A DNA stretch of 64,000 nt, from the IMG/VR virus record IMGVR_UViG_3300020578_000043, positions 14,728 to 78,727 of that record; one strand, given 5' to 3'. This document shows positions 36,864 to 47,389 of this stretch, piece by piece. The notes under the pieces were generated by a model. It was not told the origin of the DNA and did not search any database. It saw only the letters and a list, made by a program, of their open reading frames with translations. The DNA comes from a virus. Both the position numbers and the translations under genes were made by a program. Each line of letters opens with the position of its first letter. The first letter of the stretch is position 1.

Positions 36864-38087
36864 TCAGAAGTCCAATCTAACCCTGAATGTCAAGTCTCTT
36901 TCAGGACTCTTTTCAACTGGTCTGCTTAACTTTGCGACGGCCAACAAGTTATCGTTTGCGTCGTAAAGGCCGACTGACGTTACGAATGTAAACGTTTGTT
37001 GCACGTCTTCTTGTCCTGAATCAATCACAACGATCCTGTTGTTTGAATCCGTGAATGTCGGATTTGATGAGTAATTGAACTCATCAGCTGAAGCTCTACA
37101 GAATATCAACGTGCTATTGATATTCGTCGTGTTCTGGAATGCTATGGCCGTCTGCGATCCTGAGCTAAAACGAGTTGAGCAGATGTTGTCAAGGATGTTG
37201 TCAATTGAAGCAGAAACCATGAAGTCAGGTATGAACTTTGACGTCTTTGCTGATTCTGTGCCTGTGGCACCTAAAACAGTTAACCCAGTCGGAGTCATTG
37301 CATCGATGACCCCTGACACGAACTGGCTTGCTGAAGTTATCTTTTCTAGATCCAGGATCGCAATCCCTCTGTCATAGAACAGAAGACCGACTGTGCGACT
37401 AGTGTCGGATGCATCAACTATGTTACCAAGCTGGCCTCCGAATTCGGTTAGCTTCGTTGTTGACGCACCGATGTCAGTATAGATCGAAACACCTGTCTCT
37501 GAAGTCCTGTATAGGTTAGGTATCTGTTGTGCTGGCGTCGGAGCTGCAAGCGTTGGATCTTGAATTGACGCAGATTGGTAGAATCTTAATGCAAAAGACT
37601 CACGCTTGATTTGATCTCTTGCAAATAATCTCTTAAATGCAACGAAGAAAGCTGCATCAATCTTATCATTTTCGGTCACTGATCCATACGGGGCGTTGAA
37701 TTGAGAATCAGCATCGCCTAATAACATTTGCGCGAACTGTCTGTAGTTGTCCATCTTCTCTCTCATCATCAACGATGATGAAGGAAAAATCTCTTTGCCG
37801 ACTGAATCTACTGATGAAAGTGAAGATGAAACGACGTCAGAATTCTGAAACAATCCGACGGTACAATCGAATATTGGATTAGCGGTCTGAAGAGTAAAAT
37901 CTTGATCATACACTGTCTGGAACAGAGAAGACGTTATTCCAGGTCCTATACCACCCGTGACGAATACCTGATACTTTCGCCTTGACGTTGACCCGCTGAT
38001 GTCTTCTTGTATAACATCAATCAGCTGACTCAAGAAAGAACGAGCGGTTTTTATGTCTGATGGTTCTAGGTTCTTAAACGTTGCCAT
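36864..38087 (-). CDS. Putative baseplate/tail structural protein (track strand label '+' is wrong)
   Basis: Plus strand reads TTGCCAT at 38081-38087 and TCAGAAGTCCAATCT at 36864, so MATF...RLDF* is on the minus strand; C-terminal FVTSVGLYDANDNLLAVAKLSRPVEK..RVRLDF. Confidence 0.7.
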   Translation of the reverse strand: MATFKNLEPSDIKTARSFLSQLIDVIQEDISGSTSRRKYQVFVTGGIGPGITSSLFQTVYDQDFTLQTANPIFDCTVGLFQNSDVVSSSLSSVDSVGKEIFPSSSLMMREKMDNYRQFAQMLLGDADSQFNAPYGSVTENDKIDAAFFVAFKRLFARDQIKRESFALRFYQSASIQDPTLAAPTPAQQIPNLYRTSETGVSIYTDIGASTTKLTEFGGQLGNIVDASDTSRTVGLLFYDRGIAILDLEKITSASQFVSGVIDAMTPTGLTVLGATGTESAKTSKFIPDFMVSASIDNILDNICSTRFSSGSQTAIAFQNTTNINSTLIFCRASADEFNYSSNPTFTDSNNRIVVIDSGQEDVQQTFTFVTSVGLYDANDNLLAVAKLSRPVEKSPERDLTFRVRLDF

Positions 38088-38094
38088 GTAGATT

Positions 38095-38814
38095 TCACTT
38101 CTTGATGTTAATTGCTATGTCCTTGACTGCGCCAGATTGCATTCCAGTGACTCTAACGTAGGTCTTGATAGTATCTTTTGAAGTGCCTGTTCCATATACA
38201 TCGAACACAGTCTGTGTCAAAGACTTTGCGTTAATTATAAAGCTTAGAGATGATCCTAACGTGCTTGTCGTACCTGACTTTGTCAATGTATAATATGCTC
38301 TTTGTTGATTGTCAATGTTATTGGGAGTCTTGCTCGCATTGTCAACAACTAAGAATAGATTAGGAACGTCCACTAGGAAAGTCTGATCTCTTAGCTCAAC
38401 GTCTATCGACGTTTCATTCAGCAACGTCTGTTCGAATCGTAGAGTTGCAGAAGTCTGTCGGCCGGTTCCTGTTGTCGTGTAGATCGTCACTGTTTCGTTA
38501 GATGTCGTGGAATCTCCAGTAAAATTGAAACTCGGCAATCTGATTAGGCTGGGGTTTGAAACGCTGATTAACTTAAATTTTTGAGAATGAGCCTGATTTG
38601 TCAGCGCTTCGAAGATGGGAGTGTTTTTCTCAATCTTCTCTCTACCTACAGACCTACCATACTTTATGATTATGTTGTAGTTCACTTCGTCATCGCCGAG
38701 AGCGAACTTAAACAGAGTAAAATCTCCGTTGTTTCTAGATAAAAACTGCCGGCCGGTATCTGTCAATACCGCATCTAGGATTATGTTGTTGGTGCTGTGG
38801 TCTAAAAATCCCAT
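38095..38814 (-). CDS. Putative baseplate/tail-collar structural protein
   Basis: MGFLD...IILDAVLTDTGRQFLS...FKFALGDDEVNY N-terminus. Confidence 0.55.
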   Translation of the reverse strand: MGFLDHSTNNIILDAVLTDTGRQFLSRNNGDFTLFKFALGDDEVNYNIIIKYGRSVGREKIEKNTPIFEALTNQAHSQKFKLISVSNPSLIRLPSFNFTGDSTTSNETVTIYTTTGTGRQTSATLRFEQTLLNETSIDVELRDQTFLVDVPNLFLVVDNASKTPNNIDNQQRAYYTLTKSGTTSTLGSSLSFIINAKSLTQTVFDVYGTGTSKDTIKTYVRVTGMQSGAVKDIAINIKK

Positions 38815-38863
38815 AATATCTCGACTAAAAAATCTTACATGTAACTATTGACCAAGTAAATTT

Positions 38864-40756
38864 TTAAGGTTGACTTTTTAAGCTAAAGTTGTTGGAGGAC
38901 ACTTTTTGAACTGGTTTTTTGGAGCGAAGATCTGAGATTGAAATCTCAAGTTGTGAGCTTAACTGATTTTCTATATTGATAAAATTGATCTTATACTTCG
39001 AACCTTTATTCGAAGAGTTTATCACGTTCGTTGTTTGACCTTCACCGTTAATCACGTCATAACAGTCAGGAGTCATGTACACGTGTAGAGTCATCTTATC
39101 AGACGTCTTGATCGAGTCAATAAATAAATCGTTTTGTATGTATAAGTTAGGATATTGTTTAGGGGCTCCAGCCACGGAAACAAGAGTTTTCTTTAGTTGG
39201 TTCTTACTAGAATCAAAACTAACCATGAATTGCTCTGAATAATTTGAGGTTAATCCGTGAGCGTCGATCGTCGCAACTGCATAGATGTATTCTGAAGTTT
39301 TATAAAAATCATCGTCAAAATAGCTAGACTCTATCTTTTGCTTCTCTATTAGTTTTTCGTTCATTGAGTCTTCTAAGTCAGGAAACACTAGCTGCGCATC
39401 ATTAAAATCATACACTTTTATGAGTTCAAATGGATCTGATACCTTCGATCTTCTGAACACTTGAAACTTTTTTATGTCCATTTGAGAGTTGACTGGGAAT
39501 GACCAATAGATCATCAGCGATCCTCTCATTCCTGTGTTCGGATACGGCCTGTTACTGATAGGATCAAACGTTGCTGTTGAGGGATTAACCCTGTCATAAT
39601 CCCAAACAAAGTGAAGTCCTGTAGGAGGAGGAGGAGCAACGTTTTCAGTCGTCTCAACCAATGTCGTCACTGGTTTTGAGCTTATCAACGAACTTATCAA
39701 AGACGTGTTTCCTGTCGCGTTATCGACAGCAGGAATCGTAACATCCATGATCGTTCTAACTTTGTAAACGTACACTGTTCCGTATCTTACGTTTGAATCC
39801 AACAATGCAGTAGAACCGGGATTTTCTATGATTATAGGATCAAATGCTCGCTGAGTTCCATCCTCAAATAATTCATACTTTTCTACAACGTATCCTATCA
39901 ACGATGACTTTGAGGGAGCTGAAATGTCGATATTTGTTGTTGATATTTTGTAATATGGTATGCTAGGTTTAAATTCATCATCGCTTAGGTCAAAATTGTT
40001 GTTTGAACGAGAAACATTCCTTGCTGTCTTTACTGCCTTACGCAGAGCAACTTTTCTTTCGTTTAGTTCCTGAATTGAAGCAGTCGCAGTCAGATCCAAC
40101 AATAGGTTGTTGCTAACTTGAGAATATGAAGTTAGTTTCTTCATTCCTTCAAAATATGTGTTGATTCTCTTCTTTCCGCTACCACTCTTGTATATCGTAC
40201 CTCTAGTGTAGTCTTGTTGGTTCAAGATGTTGGATACGACATTCATATTTGAAGACCCTATTGTCGATTTAGCCAAGAGGTAACTCGTGAAGGTCTTACC
40301 TCTCTTTACGGTAGAAGAATTTCTAGTCACCTTCAAAGACTGTTCAAAAACATCGACGGCATTTTTATCAACTTTTCCATTGTCAAACGTAAGCGACGTA
40401 TAGTAGCTGGAAGAAAACTTTTCTTCATCAACTATGTTTCGTAGATTGTTTTTTATCAGATCCTTCGTCGGTTGTCCATACGGCACGGACGTTGGCCTTG
40501 TGAATCTTATTTTCACAAATCTTGGGAATTTTCTTTCAGCATAATCGAGATACTTTTCTGCTATCTCTATGCTGTTTTTACTGATGATGTTTTGAGATAT
40601 GTTCATCTTTTTCAATGAATCATCAGTTAAGACGTCCTTATCTCTTAGGCTCTCGTTTGGAATGTAGTAATTGTATTGAAATTCTGATGTCAGCTCCGTT
40701 ACTTCAGGTACGTCGACTGAAAAAATTACTTTTGATGGAATTGATTTAATGCCCAT
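38864..40756 (-). CDS. Virion structural protein with fibronectin-III-like segments
   Basis: YGTVYVYKVR, PPPPTGL, IKKFQVFRR, YIYAVATIDAHGLTSNYS. Confidence 0.5.
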   Translation of the reverse strand: MGIKSIPSKVIFSVDVPEVTELTSEFQYNYYIPNESLRDKDVLTDDSLKKMNISQNIISKNSIEIAEKYLDYAERKFPRFVKIRFTRPTSVPYGQPTKDLIKNNLRNIVDEEKFSSSYYTSLTFDNGKVDKNAVDVFEQSLKVTRNSSTVKRGKTFTSYLLAKSTIGSSNMNVVSNILNQQDYTRGTIYKSGSGKKRINTYFEGMKKLTSYSQVSNNLLLDLTATASIQELNERKVALRKAVKTARNVSRSNNNFDLSDDEFKPSIPYYKISTTNIDISAPSKSSLIGYVVEKYELFEDGTQRAFDPIIIENPGSTALLDSNVRYGTVYVYKVRTIMDVTIPAVDNATGNTSLISSLISSKPVTTLVETTENVAPPPPTGLHFVWDYDRVNPSTATFDPISNRPYPNTGMRGSLMIYWSFPVNSQMDIKKFQVFRRSKVSDPFELIKVYDFNDAQLVFPDLEDSMNEKLIEKQKIESSYFDDDFYKTSEYIYAVATIDAHGLTSNYSEQFMVSFDSSKNQLKKTLVSVAGAPKQYPNLYIQNDLFIDSIKTSDKMTLHVYMTPDCYDVINGEGQTTNVINSSNKGSKYKINFINIENQLSSQLEISISDLRSKKPVQKVSSNNFSLKSQP

Positions 40757-40762
40757 ACTGAT

Positions 40763-43700
40763 CTACTTTTTGTATACGTTTTTCACGTTGTTTTTTGCTG
40801 CAGAATTTTTTAAGCTGTTACCTAACAAAGAATTAGATTGTAATGCCTTGTTCTTATCCGCCAGACCTCTTGATGCAGCAACAATCTCAAACTGATTTGC
40901 ATGAGTCTCTATGACGACAAAGTAGTTGTCTAGAGTGACGTTTTGAGGAGACTTATCTGCGTCAACATACTCATTAACGTTAGGTCTCTTTTGCATGATC
41001 TTTCTTTCTTGGATCAGCAGCTTCAACTTTTCAGCTCCTAGCGATGTAGCGACAGTCTTTTCATAATCAATCTCAAACTCAGGGTCGAATACGACGTTAA
41101 ACACCCTGTCAAACTTCTTCGGTTGAACTAGCTTAGTTATATAAGCGGATGGGCTGAACTTGTAATAAGGTATCGCTTTTAGCGCTCTACCTACGGGGCT
41201 ACTAGATAATTGCCTGATCTGTTGACTTGCTGATTTAAAGTTTTTTAAGCTTATTCCAGCTGCAATCTCGCCAGATCCTGCAGGCTTGAAAAACGTGCTT
41301 AGGTTTTTACCCCCTGATCCCAATCCACTTAAAGACGTGTTTGAAAACTTGATGCTTCTTGAACTAGAAGTCTCGCTAGAAGATTTTGCGAATAACGTAT
41401 TATAAGATTTTTGAGCTTCTTGAAAGACTACAGGATCAGGATCTAGTTTGACCAACGCTTCGATCTCTCTTGAATCCAATGAAAACGTCAATTCGTCGAA
41501 AGACAATCCTGTGATTATCTTCATGTAGTTTTCTAAGATGTAGCTAGTAACGTGATTCTCTATTATTTCTCTCTTTTCATCGCTTGACAAAAATGAGTAC
41601 TCGTTTCCAAAAGCATTACTCTTATCATCCCAATACGTAGGGTTTCCTGACTCTGTAGCCTTTCCGTTAACAAACATTGAATAGTTTCTAGTAGAGATTG
41701 CTCTAAAAATCTTCCTATAGTCAGACTTGGTCGTGTTCTTTATATCAGAGTACACTCTGACGGGGTATCTTGATGCCTCAAATAAGAACACCTTGGGACG
41801 ATAGATTATCTCACCGTTCAGTACGTCTGTCTTATACACAGAAATTTTGAAAATATCATTGTGCTTGCTATTATTAGAATTTAGAGAAGATTTTTTTAAG
41901 AGCTTGTCAAACATCCCCTGAGGCACTCCAACAGTCAGTATCTTCTTGTTGTAACCCTTCCTTGAAGTATACTCTTGATTGTCCTTGAACAACAATTCAT
42001 AGATGTCAGTCAACTTAGGATAATAATGAATGTTCTCAGAGTAATTTGTGAACATGTTGTTCTCTTCTCCAGGCTGCTTATCATCATCGTTGAAATCGTT
42101 GAATGACTGATAAATGTCCTCGACGGTCGAGAGAGCAAGCATCAGCTGAGGTTCTCTTAAAAATAAACTAAGTTTTCTAGGATCGTTATTGAGATATCGT
42201 AACAAAGTTCCCATTGAATTAGAATTGAACTTCTTTAAGACTGCCGCGATACTTTTTACGTTTGAATTCAAAACGTCTAATGTGTTTAAAATGCACATTA
42301 ACAATTTTGCAGTTGAGGTAAGCTCTTTTTGAACGTATGAACTTATCTCATTTTTTTTCATAGTACGAGGAACGTACTCAGTGTTGACGTACAACACTAG
42401 TTCATAATTGTGAATTCCTAAAAAGTTTAGAGACTCAGACTTATCATCATCACCATCATATTGGTCAAAGATATGTCGAAAAGCACCGCTAGTGTCCTTT
42501 GCTTCTCCGTATCTGCTGCTAGACAGCGATTTATAATCGACTGGATAATCATCTTTTGCTATAGAAACTATTCTGTTGTCTGAGAACTGTGATATCATCT
42601 TGCACATTGATGTGAAGAACAACAGCGCAATATTGTCCAAGCTTATGCCAGAAAACACACTCTTAGTTCCTCCTTTTGCTGCATATCTTGAGTATGTTAT
42701 CTTTAGCTCTTTAAAGATACCTACAAGTTCAAGCACAAAAGGATTTGACCTTAACGCCTTACTGAAGTTGACAACATTGAAAAATTTGCAAGGAACGTAC
42801 TTATAAGCAGAAGACGTATTTCCTTTAGCATTGTCATAGATGTTTGCAAGGTCTGACTTAGTATATTGAACAGTATAGCTGTTGCCGTCGACATCGCCAA
42901 AGTCTTGAGGCGATTTGTTAAAGTTTTTTTCTAACGTTTTTGACAACCAATTTGACAACGTTATCTTTTGCTGCGTGATAACGTTCTCAACATCAATGAC
43001 TCTAGGGAATGATTGAGCAATGAGCCCTTTCAATGAAGCAAAAAACATTGAATCAATCTCTGTGTTGTTCGATGATTGTGCCATGTCATCCATCAACAAG
43101 AACAAATAAGATCTTACTGTTCGACCCATTTCATTTTCTTGCGCAGCCATGGCAAACAGAGAAGAAATTCCTCTATCCATCTGCAAAAACTTCCAACCCT
43201 CGCTCGTAAAACCCAACGCCTCAGCAGAAGTAATCTTGAACGTTTTTGAAAGTCCGTTTTCATCGACCATCATTGATAGAACATTTTCAATGAATGTGTA
43301 GGGATTTGATGAAAGAGTAGAGGGTTTTTGAGGCTCTAAATTTCCTCCTTGGTCATCGTTTGGATTCTTTATTGATACATCGAATATAGAGTCATCTGCC
43401 GGCAACAATCCAAAGTTTCCAGCAATTTCAAAAAAGTTGTTATCAAGCCTGTTCAGCGTGCTTTGTAAGAACTCTATTCTGTCTAAGTTGAGCCTTGCCC
43501 CGACTATGTTAGTGAATATGTCTTCAATGTCAAAGAAGTATTTTGATCCAACCGTTAAATCAGTAGAAATATTGCTTCTTTCTTTTTCTTCAAGAACAAG
43601 GACTGCTTTGTTTTGATTTGAAAAATCCCTAGAATAAGCTAGATCAGATAACCCTAGATTCACTGTCGTGAAATCAGGCGATTTCTTATAGACGTCGTAT

Positions 43701-44869
43701 CCGTAAACATCCATTCCAAAGATGCTGTCAAAGAAGTTTTTCGAATTTATTGCTTGGGTTCCTGGTCCTCTGAAAGACTTCAATGCCTGAGAATCTTGAT
43801 CGAAGCATGTAGAATATCGTAGCTCTTTCGCCAATAGATCGAACACAACTGCAATCTTAGCTTCGTCGTTTTTTACGACTTTTAACAGCGTGTCTATTTT
43901 TGAAAAAGCATTAGTAATCGTCTTTGTTGCATCAGCGATTGATGCAACGCTGGCTACGGAGGGAAGGCCAAGATAGTTTAGCGCGGCGGGCTGAACAACT
44001 GTTACAACGCTAATGTTATTGTCTCCTACGCTGGCTTGGAAAGCCTGCAAAGACAAACGTAGGGTCTTGTCTATCGGCAATAGAGAAGGAGATTCATCAA
44101 CGTTTTGCTTCATTATAGGCGGTAACATGTGCCTGGAATGAGACGTCATTAATCTTTTTAATTCAGTTATAGCCAACAACCAAAGCTTTGTTGAAGAATA
44201 TTTTGATGATGCATTAGGAGGCAAACCCAATAAATCAGAAACAGTTGAATCTAGATTTATGTTATTCGGTAGCTTGCTGATTATAGGCGCTAGATTAGAC
44301 TTTTTTGTCTTCTTTGAATCATCATCGTCGAACGATTTTTCTAAGAACTCATTTGGAGAAAAGTCATAGATCTTGTTATGCAAGTTCAAGTTGCTGCTTG
44401 CTAATGAAACAGACTTTATCAGCGCGTTGAACTCTGATAGTTTTTGTCTAATCTGGGTTATCTCAGACTTAAACTGATCATTCTTGCTTTTTAGATAGTT
44501 TTTATCCTGTATTTCACTATACAACTTTTGTGTTGTTGCGTCTATCTGTCGCAGAGTCTCAACATAGACGTCAAGAAGCTTACCATTCTCTGTTTTGTTT
44601 CCAAACTCATCATATAAGGGACTGAACGATGATAAAGATATGATCTCCGGTCTTTCTTCTGAAACGTTTGAAAGTTCTTCAAACTCAGTTATCTTACGCT
44701 TATTTGCAATTTTTGACTTTATTGACGTATCGACTTTTGGCCTTGTTTCTGAGTCATTTGAGATAGGTGATGCAGCAACATTCTTTTCATGCACCATTTT
44801 ATTAGGTTGAGACTGGACATCTCCTGATTTAAACTTAGAGCCGTTGTTTGCTTTTGGAAATTTGAACAT
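40763..44869 (-). CDS. Large hypothetical (probable virion) protein, 1368 aa
   Basis: Long ORF tightly packed in structural operon; no recognised motif. Confidence 0.6.
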   Translation of the reverse strand: MFKFPKANNGSKFKSGDVQSQPNKMVHEKNVAASPISNDSETRPKVDTSIKSKIANKRKITEFEELSNVSEERPEIISLSSFSPLYDEFGNKTENGKLLDVYVETLRQIDATTQKLYSEIQDKNYLKSKNDQFKSEITQIRQKLSEFNALIKSVSLASSNLNLHNKIYDFSPNEFLEKSFDDDDSKKTKKSNLAPIISKLPNNINLDSTVSDLLGLPPNASSKYSSTKLWLLAITELKRLMTSHSRHMLPPIMKQNVDESPSLLPIDKTLRLSLQAFQASVGDNNISVVTVVQPAALNYLGLPSVASVASIADATKTITNAFSKIDTLLKVVKNDEAKIAVVFDLLAKELRYSTCFDQDSQALKSFRGPGTQAINSKNFFDSIFGMDVYGYDVYKKSPDFTTVNLGLSDLAYSRDFSNQNKAVLVLEEKERSNISTDLTVGSKYFFDIEDIFTNIVGARLNLDRIEFLQSTLNRLDNNFFEIAGNFGLLPADDSIFDVSIKNPNDDQGGNLEPQKPSTLSSNPYTFIENVLSMMVDENGLSKTFKITSAEALGFTSEGWKFLQMDRGISSLFAMAAQENEMGRTVRSYLFLLMDDMAQSSNNTEIDSMFFASLKGLIAQSFPRVIDVENVITQQKITLSNWLSKTLEKNFNKSPQDFGDVDGNSYTVQYTKSDLANIYDNAKGNTSSAYKYVPCKFFNVVNFSKALRSNPFVLELVGIFKELKITYSRYAAKGGTKSVFSGISLDNIALLFFTSMCKMISQFSDNRIVSIAKDDYPVDYKSLSSSRYGEAKDTSGAFRHIFDQYDGDDDKSESLNFLGIHNYELVLYVNTEYVPRTMKKNEISSYVQKELTSTAKLLMCILNTLDVLNSNVKSIAAVLKKFNSNSMGTLLRYLNNDPRKLSLFLREPQLMLALSTVEDIYQSFNDFNDDDKQPGEENNMFTNYSENIHYYPKLTDIYELLFKDNQEYTSRKGYNKKILTVGVPQGMFDKLLKKSSLNSNNSKHNDIFKISVYKTDVLNGEIIYRPKVFLFEASRYPVRVYSDIKNTTKSDYRKIFRAISTRNYSMFVNGKATESGNPTYWDDKSNAFGNEYSFLSSDEKREIIENHVTSYILENYMKIITGLSFDELTFSLDSREIEALVKLDPDPVVFQEAQKSYNTLFAKSSSETSSSRSIKFSNTSLSGLGSGGKNLSTFFKPAGSGEIAAGISLKNFKSASQQIRQLSSSPVGRALKAIPYYKFSPSAYITKLVQPKKFDRVFNVVFDPEFEIDYEKTVATSLGAEKLKLLIQERKIMQKRPNVNEYVDADKSPQNVTLDNYFVVIETHANQFEIVAASRGLADKNKALQSNSLLGNSLKNSAAKNNVKNVYKK

Positions 44870-44879
44870 GTCTAAATCT

Positions 44880-47381
44880 CTAACCTTCTACTTGGGTAAT
44901 TAACAGTGGGTTTGAAACCGAAGCCTGTCCTGAAGAAAAATCGCTAAAGATAGGTATCAATATGAATCTTGTGTATCCCACATCATGTTTTGACACCTTA
45001 TAGGAAAACGTTGCTTGTTCTCTTGACAATGCATGACACTTTCCAATGATCCTTCTAACTCCATCTATCTCTGTCAAAATCACTAAATGATCTATTAAGT
45101 TTTGGTCTCCCCTTATTGACCATGTCAAGTATGCATTATCATCGTTCAGCATAGATGCATTAAAATTGCTTATTGATGGCTTCTGCGCAGTTAAAGATAG
45201 ATTTGTTTGATAAGAAGTTCCTATAAATCCGTACAAATTGTCATTCTTTGGATCAGACTCTTGTTCTATGACTCTCTTTGAAACGACGCTGCCTCTATTT
45301 AGCGTAAGAGGATGCAGGTGCTTTCTTGGATTCACGTTGTACTTTTTTCTAGTCTCTGAGTCTCTTAACTCTTTCTTTTGAGAAATTACAGTTTCAGGGT
45401 CACGAACAAGAGGATATATCATGTACGTGTACTGATTGTTATAAGCTAGATGTTTTGCAGAATACAAAGCACTTCTGTTTGAGTCAACGAAGGTTGCTCC
45501 GTTCGGAATTATACCTAGATCTTCAACTTCACCAGTGCTTATGTTGTACCTTACTATGCTAAAAGATATGAATTTATCATAATTTGCTTTTCTAGATGTA
45601 AGCTGTCTTTCATCATACGTTGCATCGACTTGATTCAATAGAGCCTTAAACACCCCTATTTGATCTTGAATTAATTCCGCAGTCACAGAAAACTGCATGT
45701 CATTTCCAGAATTAATAGAATTTGATATGTTCACCGAGAATGGATTTCCGATATAAGGAACGTATTCAAAAAATGTAGAGTAAGATGACATCGTCTCAAC
45801 TCCATTTTTTTCTATGATCATAGTAGTCAATTCATACAAGTGATATGGTATTAAATTACTGTCTAAAAGTAGAGATGATTCAGAGTCTGGATTTTGAAAG
45901 TAAAAAACATCATTTATCTTAGTATATTTGGTTTGACGCTTTGTAATGTTTCTTATCAATAGACGAGCAGCGGCTATATTGAAATAACCACCATATGCTG
46001 TCACAACTATCCCTTTATTTGTGTGTTGAGGAATGATGACAAGCTTCTTGTTCGTGCTAGTCGTGTGTTTGTTATTAATGAGGACGTCTGAAAAAACAGG
46101 CGGCAAAAAATCAGGAGAAAACTTGTTGTATGGAATGACTCTGTAGATGACGTTCTCTTCATTTAGATTCGTATACGTGAAGCTCATTAAGCCGTTCTCT
46201 TTGCTCAAGCTCGCTGTATCAATCAAGTTATATGAAGTCATAACGTTACGATCACTGATTGAAAAAGCTTTTTTATAGATTCTCAACCCGTTTGACCTAT
46301 CATCGTTTTGCTTTATCTGTAACGTAACATTTGAACCTGATCTAGATGCAACTGCAGTCGGGGGTAACGAAGGGGTGAAGTAATTCCTAAGATGCTCTTC
46401 TATGTTTAGTTCTTTTTCAATGACTTCTATTGGAAAGACTTGTCTCGTTCCTGATTCATTAGACGTCTGAAGCAATTCAAACTTGACGTTAACCAACGAA
46501 GAAAATTGGTTTCGTATCGTCTTGACTATGTCGTTCTTTATGGACACTCTAGTCTTTATCGTTATCGTATCATCGAATGTTTGGCCAACTGAAGTGACGT
46601 ACTCTGATACTTGACGAGTTCCTTGTCCTTGAAAAATGTAAGAATTCACCAATTTTGTAAGAGGGTTTCCAACATACTCAGGGTATGTGTTCTTTCTAAT
46701 CAATCCGTTCAAGTGATTGTGAGTGCTCAATGATCTGTCTGAAGTCACAGTTACGACAGAAGGCGGAAGAGATTTTTTTTGAATCAAGTCTATGATCGCT
46801 TCCCTGCTGTCGATCAACGAATCACTGTTGATGTTTAATCCTGTTCCGCTTGTCGCTGCATGACCCACGTTTCTTTTGATTATTCCAGATACCTGAGTTT
46901 CTTCTGAATCTTTTTCTTCTATCTTAGTGACGATTATCTTGTTTTTTTGCAGCCCAACGCCCTCAAGAGGAAACTTGTTTTTTAACAAAGGAAGAATTTG
47001 ATTGTTGATCTTTGCAGTGATGTCGCTTTCCTTATATGCAAGAATGACGCTTCTTTCATTCTGCCTGATGTTGTTCATCTTAGCTTTGTGACCAAGAATG
47101 TTATCAAGAAGCTTGTCAGTGTCAATATCACCTAACTTCCTAGACGTCACGATGACCGGCCGGGGAGGCATCCTAGTCCTCAACGTTATTGCGACAGAAA
47201 AAGAATTTTGCTCTATTGCTTTTAACTGTGATAACTTATAAGAGAACTCAAACTGTAATTCATTTTCAGAAAATTGAGCTCGTGGGTGAGGGGAGCTTGT
47301 GGTAACGTTGACCAACGTGGCAAAATTATCATCTATTTGTAATATGCCATTGCTCGTTTTTGTTTTATTGTTAAAATACAC
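44880..47381 (-). CDS. Hypothetical beta-rich virion protein, 833 aa
   Basis: Long ORF, Ig/FN3-like segments (IYRVIPYN, YTYMIYP, AYLTWS). Confidence 0.55.
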   Translation of the reverse strand: MYFNNKTKTSNGILQIDDNFATLVNVTTSSPHPRAQFSENELQFEFSYKLSQLKAIEQNSFSVAITLRTRMPPRPVIVTSRKLGDIDTDKLLDNILGHKAKMNNIRQNERSVILAYKESDITAKINNQILPLLKNKFPLEGVGLQKNKIIVTKIEEKDSEETQVSGIIKRNVGHAATSGTGLNINSDSLIDSREAIIDLIQKKSLPPSVVTVTSDRSLSTHNHLNGLIRKNTYPEYVGNPLTKLVNSYIFQGQGTRQVSEYVTSVGQTFDDTITIKTRVSIKNDIVKTIRNQFSSLVNVKFELLQTSNESGTRQVFPIEVIEKELNIEEHLRNYFTPSLPPTAVASRSGSNVTLQIKQNDDRSNGLRIYKKAFSISDRNVMTSYNLIDTASLSKENGLMSFTYTNLNEENVIYRVIPYNKFSPDFLPPVFSDVLINNKHTTSTNKKLVIIPQHTNKGIVVTAYGGYFNIAAARLLIRNITKRQTKYTKINDVFYFQNPDSESSLLLDSNLIPYHLYELTTMIIEKNGVETMSSYSTFFEYVPYIGNPFSVNISNSINSGNDMQFSVTAELIQDQIGVFKALLNQVDATYDERQLTSRKANYDKFISFSIVRYNISTGEVEDLGIIPNGATFVDSNRSALYSAKHLAYNNQYTYMIYPLVRDPETVISQKKELRDSETRKKYNVNPRKHLHPLTLNRGSVVSKRVIEQESDPKNDNLYGFIGTSYQTNLSLTAQKPSISNFNASMLNDDNAYLTWSIRGDQNLIDHLVILTEIDGVRRIIGKCHALSREQATFSYKVSKHDVGYTRFILIPIFSDFSSGQASVSNPLLITQVEG

Positions 47382-47389
47382 CTGATCAC

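Noticed and set aside
36864-38087. ORF track lists this 407-aa gene on the + strand, which would suggest an inversion in the structural operon
   Set aside because: The sequence shows the start (CAT at 38085-38087) and stop (TCA at 36864) on the minus strand; it is a label error, not an inversion
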